A stretch of 10,600 bases of DNA from Candidatus Velthaea sp. Its GTDB lineage: Bacteria; Vulcanimicrobiota; Vulcanimicrobiia; Vulcanimicrobiales; Vulcanimicrobiaceae. The notes beneath the pieces were generated by a model. It searched no databases. It was not told the origin of the DNA and was given only the letters and a program-made list of their open reading frames with translations. Of this stretch, positions 8,342 through 10,600 are shown one piece after another. The stretch is taken from positions 1-10,600 of the forward strand of contig JBEKHC010000131.1 in NCBI GenBank assembly GCA_050012475.1, given 5' to 3'. How positions within the stretch are numbered: position 1 is the first letter of the stretch; each line of letters begins with the position of its first letter. A program made the position numbers and the translations under genes.

Positions 8342-9504
8342 CGCGTGAGTGCGGGGACGGCGGTCCGGTCGTTCACGGCCAAACACCGTTCGCCGTCGAC
8401 CCACGTTTGCGTCACATCCGCATAGCCGTTGCGCGGATGGAATGCGACCAGGTCGGCGCGCTTTCCGCACTCGATGCTGCCGAACTCGCCGGCATGCCCG
8501 AGATGGCGCGCCGGATTGAGCGCCAGCAGCGCCGCGACTCTCTGCGGCGGCGTGCCGCCGGCGATGAGCCGCACGGCGGCCGCCAGCAGCGAAGGAAAGT
8601 GGTAGTCGCTGCACAGCATATCGACCAGGTCTTCAGCGAATGCTTGCGCCGCCGAGAGATTCCCGCAATGCGAACCGCCGCGCACGTAATTGGGCGCGCC
8701 CATGCAAACCTGCATTCCCAAGGCTTTGGCCTTGCGGGCTGCGGCGAGCGTCACCGGCATCTCGCACAGCGTTGCGCCGAACGCGTGCGCCTCGGCTACG
8801 TGCTCGACCGTCGTATCGTCATGGCTGCCCAGCGGCAATCGGCCGCGCAGCGCCGCGGCGGTCTCGCGCCGATTGTCCACGCGCTTGCGCGCAACGATCT
8901 TGGCTTCGATCCGCGCGCGCGACGTCTCGAACGTCAGGTCGTGGGCCAGCGCTTCTTTGCGAATGACCGCGTCGAGATCGCGAAATTGCCGCACCCCCGG
9001 CAGGCTATCGTTGAAAACCACGTTGCCGATTCCCTCGAGCGACAAAAGGTTGGCCAAGTCCGCAGTGACGGGTTCGTACCGCGTGTCCCAGCGCACGTGA
9101 ACCAAATGCCGGGCGCGCATCGACCCGGCAAGCCGATGCAGTTCGCGCGCCAGTCGCAGACCATCACCATGCCAGCTTCCGGCGCTGCCGCTGCGCTCGG
9201 GCGAAACACGCGCACCCGACAGCACCGTGGTCAATCCGCACGTGAGCGCGCGCAGGTCCATCACGTGCAGCGCCATCTCCAGCGGGACTTCAGCGCCCGG
9301 ACGCGGACTGATTTCTTTCTCGAGATAGTCGGTGTGCACGTCGATGATCCCGGGCATCAACAGCGCACCGTGCAGATCGAGCCCGTCGGCATAGCGCCGG
9401 GCCGCGACATCGACGATGCGGCCGCCTTCAATCGCGACCGAACCGTCGAGCGCACCGAGCGGCGTCACGACCAGCGCGTTCGTCAGCACGGTGAGCGCGG
9501 ACAT
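8338..9504 (-). CDS. phnM: PhnM-like amidohydrolase-superfamily enzyme (alpha-D-ribose 1-methylphosphonate 5-triphosphate diphosphatase family)
   Basis: LMPGIIDVHTDYLEKEISPRPG, GLTT, PGVRQF, SHDD, MGAPNYVRGGSH-GNLSA, SDY, NPARHLG, GSIECGKRADLV and TWVDG. ATG at 9504 overlaps the upstream TGA (TGATG). 388 aa. Confidence 0.88.
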   Translation of the reverse strand: MSALTVLTNALVVTPLGALDGSVAIEGGRIVDVAARRYADGLDLHGALLMPGIIDVHTDYLEKEISPRPGAEVPLEMALHVMDLRALTCGLTTVLSGARVSPERSGSAGSWHGDGLRLARELHRLAGSMRARHLVHVRWDTRYEPVTADLANLLSLEGIGNVVFNDSLPGVRQFRDLDAVIRKEALAHDLTFETSRARIEAKIVARKRVDNRRETAAALRGRLPLGSHDDTTVEHVAEAHAFGATLCEMPVTLAAARKAKALGMQVCMGAPNYVRGGSHCGNLSAAQAFAEDLVDMLCSDYHFPSLLAAAVRLIAGGTPPQRVAALLALNPARHLGHAGEFGSIECGKRADLVAFHPRNGYADVTQTWVDGERCLAVNDRTAVPALTR

Positions 9505-10217
9505 CAGCGGGCTTCCATAACGCCGCCGGCATGTCCGAAGACGAAACGGGCATGCTCGCGAAACGGCTCGTCGATCCCGGGTTGGACGAAAAGCGTGACC
9601 GCGTCGATGCGCAGCTCTGTCCGGCATAACGGAGCGACCATCGGTTCGAGCGCGGCGCGCAGCAGCGTGCGCTCCGATGAATCCAGCCGTTCGGTCAGCG
9701 TAAGATGAAACCGCCAACGATCGAGCACGTACGGATAGCCCCACGCGTCGAGCAACTCGCTTTCGCGCGCATCCAGCGATGCGTGCCTGCGCCTGACGAG
9801 TTCGGCGTGCGACGGCGCGGCGCGAAATGCATCGAAGAAGCGCACCGCGCGTTCGGCCAGCGCGTCGAGTTCGGGACACGGCGCGCTCGGCACGAGCGCC
9901 AGAAATCGGCCAACCTCGGCGAGTTCGAGCGGCGGCGCATAGAATGCGGTGCATTCTCGCGCGAACGCGACAAAGGCATTCTCGAGTTCGTCGAGTCTCC
10001 GGCCCGCAGCGAGTGCGAACGGCGGTTTGAGGGTCGCGTGAAAGCCGTATTCGCGCGGCGCAGCAGTGAGCGCGAGAAGGCGCTCGGCGCCGATCGCCGG
10101 ACAGGCGATCTGTGCTACCGCCTCACCGCTGCGGGCGTCGCGCCCCAGCCACTCGGCGCCGAAGCGCTCGAGTTGCGATCCCGGCTCCGGCGCGAAATAG
10201 ACCGCGTAGCGCTTCAC
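9504..10217 (-). CDS. DUF1045 phosphonate-metabolism protein, predicted 2H phosphoesterase
   Basis: RYAVYFAP, WLGRD, PREYGFHATLKPPF (His 10038-10040), FDAFRA and WGYPYV...FHLTLT (His 9705-9707), giving two HxT motifs. GTG at 10217 overlaps the upstream TGA (GTGA). 237 aa. Confidence 0.9.
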   Translation of the reverse strand: MKRYAVYFAPEPGSQLERFGAEWLGRDARSGEAVAQIACPAIGAERLLALTAAPREYGFHATLKPPFALAAGRRLDELENAFVAFARECTAFYAPPLELAEVGRFLALVPSAPCPELDALAERAVRFFDAFRAAPSHAELVRRRHASLDARESELLDAWGYPYVLDRWRFHLTLTERLDSSERTLLRAALEPMVAPLCRTELRIDAVTLFVQPGIDEPFREHARFVFGHAGGVMEAR

Positions 10218-10600
10218 CGGCGGTCCAGCAGACGCAGTGCGGTTTCACGGTCGCAGGCGGCAACGATATCGAGGTGCATCGCCGCATCGGGCACCAGCAG
10301 CGGCGTCGTGCCGTCGCGCGCGACGACCGTCCCGCCGGCTTCTTCGATGATGCACATCGCCGCCGCGAGATCGTGGACGTGGACGACCGGCCGATCGAGC
10401 GCGAAAAACGCCGCGAACGCACCGTCGGCTACCCGGCACAGATCGCTCGCCGTGCTGCCGGAGATGCGGATGCGCGTAAAATCGGCCAACCCGCGCAGCG
10501 GCTGACCCGCAAGCGGACTGGGTAATGCCGCTAACGGCCCGCGCCGCGTGCGAATCGGCCGTCCATCGCGTCGCGCGCCGCCCCCGCCGCTGGCCTCCCA
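10214..10600 (-). CDS. Inositol monophosphatase (SuhB/CysQ/FIG superfamily) protein, C-terminal part; the 5' end lies beyond the window
   Basis: The frame is open to the window edge: WEASGGGGARRDGRPIRT...RISGSTASDLCRVADG...HDLAAAMCIIEEAGG...DG. This matches the IMPase pattern A..G.GA...G..I / R..GS...DL..VA.G / WD.AA...I..EAGG. Confidence 0.8.
   Translation of the reverse strand, partial: WEASGGGGARRDGRPIRTRRGPLAALPSPLAGQPLRGLADFTRIRISGSTASDLCRVADGAFAAFFALDRPVVHVHDLAAAMCIIEEAGGTVVARDGTTPLLVPDAAMHLDIVAACDRETALRLLDRR

Noticed and set aside
8308..9708. 466-aa plus-strand ORF (also 1881-2717, 3039-3800 and 9705-10505)
   Set aside because: Antisense to well-supported genes, Arg/Ala-rich and without family motifs.
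8342..9954. Extended starts for the acyltransferase (8614) and phnM (9954)
   Set aside because: Both run deep into the upstream gene. Family similarity begins at the coupled starts 8341 and 9504.

Overview
This is a GC-rich bacterial window with seven protein-coding genes and part of an eighth, and no RNA genes, mobile elements or CRISPR array that I can support. The minus strand carries a co-directional run, read right to left. It opens with a translationally coupled phosphonate-accessory block: a partial inositol-monophosphatase-family gene, a DUF1045 2H-phosphoesterase, a phnM-like amidohydrolase and a hexapeptide-repeat acyltransferase. It continues with an exported tricorn-type S41 protease, msrA and a Suv3-like SF2 helicase. 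On the plus strand, a secreted protein with a beta-sandwich domain, a Pro/Thr linker and a DUF900-type alpha/beta hydrolase converges on the helicase. The most notable points are an IMPase coupled to phn accessory genes whose motifs diverge from the usual ones, a helicase that seems to start at a non-canonical ATA overlapping the msrA stop (ATAG), and an alternating 23/25-bp tandem repeat at the left edge. Family assignments come from motif recognition by eye, not database searches.
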